The notes under the pieces are model-generated. The model did no database searches. It was not told the DNA's origin and saw only the letters and a program-made list of their open reading frames with translations. The translations under genes were made by a program, and so were the position numbers. Below, piece by piece: positions 62,190-64,000 of a DNA stretch of 64,000 nt. Every line of letters starts with the position of its first letter. Position 1 is the stretch's first letter. The DNA lies in contig NC_087436.1 in assembly GCF_036321535.1 (NCBI RefSeq), positions 105,712,001-105,776,000 on the forward strand, in the 5' to 3' direction. The DNA comes from Camelus dromedarius (lineage: Eukaryota).

Positions 62190-63385
62190 TTTTTGTTTGG
62201 AAATCATTCTAAACGCAGAAAAGTGGCAAGCATAGTAGTACAAAGAACACCCATGAGCCCTATCCCCAGACTGATCTAGTGCTAGCATTTTACCCATATG
62301 CATATAATTTACGTCCTCCCTCTCATATATAAAACATATGTTATTATTTTAATTATACAACCATACTATATAATTATATAATACTTCTTCTCAACATTTG
62401 AGAGTAGGTTGCCTACATCATGGCCTGTTACCCCTAATTACTTCAGTGTGTATTTCCTAACAATTGGGATATTCTTCTAAATAATCATACCACAGTTATC
62501 AACTTCAGTGGATTTAACTCTAATAAAATACTTTTATCTAATGTATTTAGCGTATTCCAATTCATAATTGACCCAATAATGTCAACTGACCTAATACTCT
62601 TCTTTATATCATTTCCCCCACCCAGTTCAGCCTTTCTTTGTATTTTATGTCATTGACATTTGGAAGACTATAGTACTTCTCTCTCTCTCTCCCTCTCTCG
62701 CTCTCTCTTTCCCCCTCAATGGAACCTTCCTCATTTGGGCTTGGTCTGATATTTTCTCATGGGTATACTCAGGTGAGGCATTCTCAGTCAGGATACATCA
62801 CTGATGCCATGTGTCCATCTCAATGAATGACATCTGGAAGCACCCACCATCCCCCTGTCCCACACGGGTGATACCAGTTTTTATCATCTAGTCGAGGTGT
62901 TGTCCTGTTTCTACACTGTGTAGTTACTGTTCTTTCCCTTTCAACTGATGCCCAATCTCTGGAGAGATACCAAAGACAGTGCAAATCTCCTGTTCCTTAT
63001 GAAAAGTACCTCCTAGATTTATAATCCATCAATGATTCTTGCCTAAGCCAATCTTTATTATGATAGTAATAAAATGGTAATTTCCAACTTCAGCAACCCC
63101 TGCCCATTTACTGGTGGGGACCTCAGCATTTTGCTATAAGCAAGAGCCGTCCTTTCTCCCTTGTTTGTTTATCTACTTATTATTACAATGGATTAATCAA
63201 TTTCTATTTTTTCAATCCTTATAACTCGCTGTTTTCCTTAATTACTTGGTATTCAAATTATACCAGATTTTGCTGGTGGGAACCCTTTCAAGCAGGGCCC
63301 TCATGACATGGACTCATCGTTTTTTAAGCATTTCCTTACTCTCTAGTATTCATCAGATGTTTGAGGCTCATCTTGTACTCGCCCA
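62190..63385 (-). mobile_element. L1MC4/5-type 3'UTR
   Basis: catttgagagtaggttg; acccctaattacttcagtgtgtatttcctaa; cacagttatcaacttcag; tcaaattataccagattttgc. Confidence 0.85.
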
Positions 63386-63485
63386 GGGCAGGGATTTGTG
63401 GGTGTGCTGTTCATTGGTAACTCTAGTATCTAGAATCATGCCTGATCATAATAGGTGCTCAATAAATATAAGTTGACTGTATGAA
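63386..63485 (+). mobile_element. L2 3' terminus
   Basis: tagaatcatgcctgatcataataggtgctcaataaatat. Confidence 0.75.
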
Positions 63486-63594
63486 TAATTCCTTAATAAA
63501 AAAAACCTCTTCAGGTACTAAGATAGATACCTGTGCTGGGCAAAAGCAGCTCCTATCTATTTAGAAGCTCAAAACCTAAATGTTAAAGTTAAGA

Positions 63595-64000
63595 TTTAAT
63601 GGCCAAAAGCCTGTGAAAATGTTTAAACCCTGTAACCTACTAATTCTATTTCCAGAAATCATTCCTAAAAGGAATAATCTGAAATTAACATAAAATGTGA
63701 TTACACAATGATGTAAATAGAGTATTATTTGCACAAAGAAAATTTAGACATACTGTCCAGAGCTGGGGGAACAATTAAGTAAACCTATGCCCCATTCACA
63801 TGCTGTACTATAGGGCAGCCATTAAAAGTAGATTTCTGGAAATTTATTAATAATATTATAAAATGCTTTTGCTTTTATATTAGTGGAAAAGAAAAATCCC
63901 AAACTGAATATATAGTATATATGAAACATATTACAAGAACACTCAAAAGAAAATATAGAAAAAAATGTAGTAGGACTTGCCTCTGTGTGTAGGATTATGT
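63595..64000 (+). mobile_element. L1ME-type 3' fragment
   Basis: taattctatttccagaaatcattcctaaaaggaataat; gcagccattaaaag; aatgcttttgcttttatattagtggaaaa. Confidence 0.65.

Overview
Non-coding mammalian genomic DNA, most likely from a camelid (alpaca/camel): four tRNA-Ala(AGC)-derived SINE copies of the vic-1 type and cetartiodactyl-type L1 3' ends are present. I recognise no host protein-coding exon, intact RNA gene or CRISPR array. The only recognisable protein remnants are a frameshifted L1 ORF2 C-terminus (54.5-56.0 kb) and a short ancient CR1/L3 reverse-transcriptase fragment (51.9-52.1 kb). Roughly half the window is interspersed repeat: many old MIR, L2, MaLR/ERVL LTR and hAT/Tigger copies, plus a few younger ERV1 solo LTRs, L1s and SINEs, often nested with visible target-site duplications (TSDs). 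Repeat-free islands lie between them. The pattern suggests a gene desert or a very large intron. The best leads are two CpG-rich promoter-like islands (14.4-14.8 kb; 58.8-59.3 kb, the latter with a TATA/Inr/exon/5' splice-site layout on the minus strand), a SOX plus double-octamer cluster at 61.3 kb, several enhancer-like repeat-free blocks, two candidate L1 3' transductions and the frame-preserved CR1 remnant. The sequence alone does not demonstrate a new biological system. Repeat family names come from recalled consensus motifs, and boundaries of old repeats are approximate.
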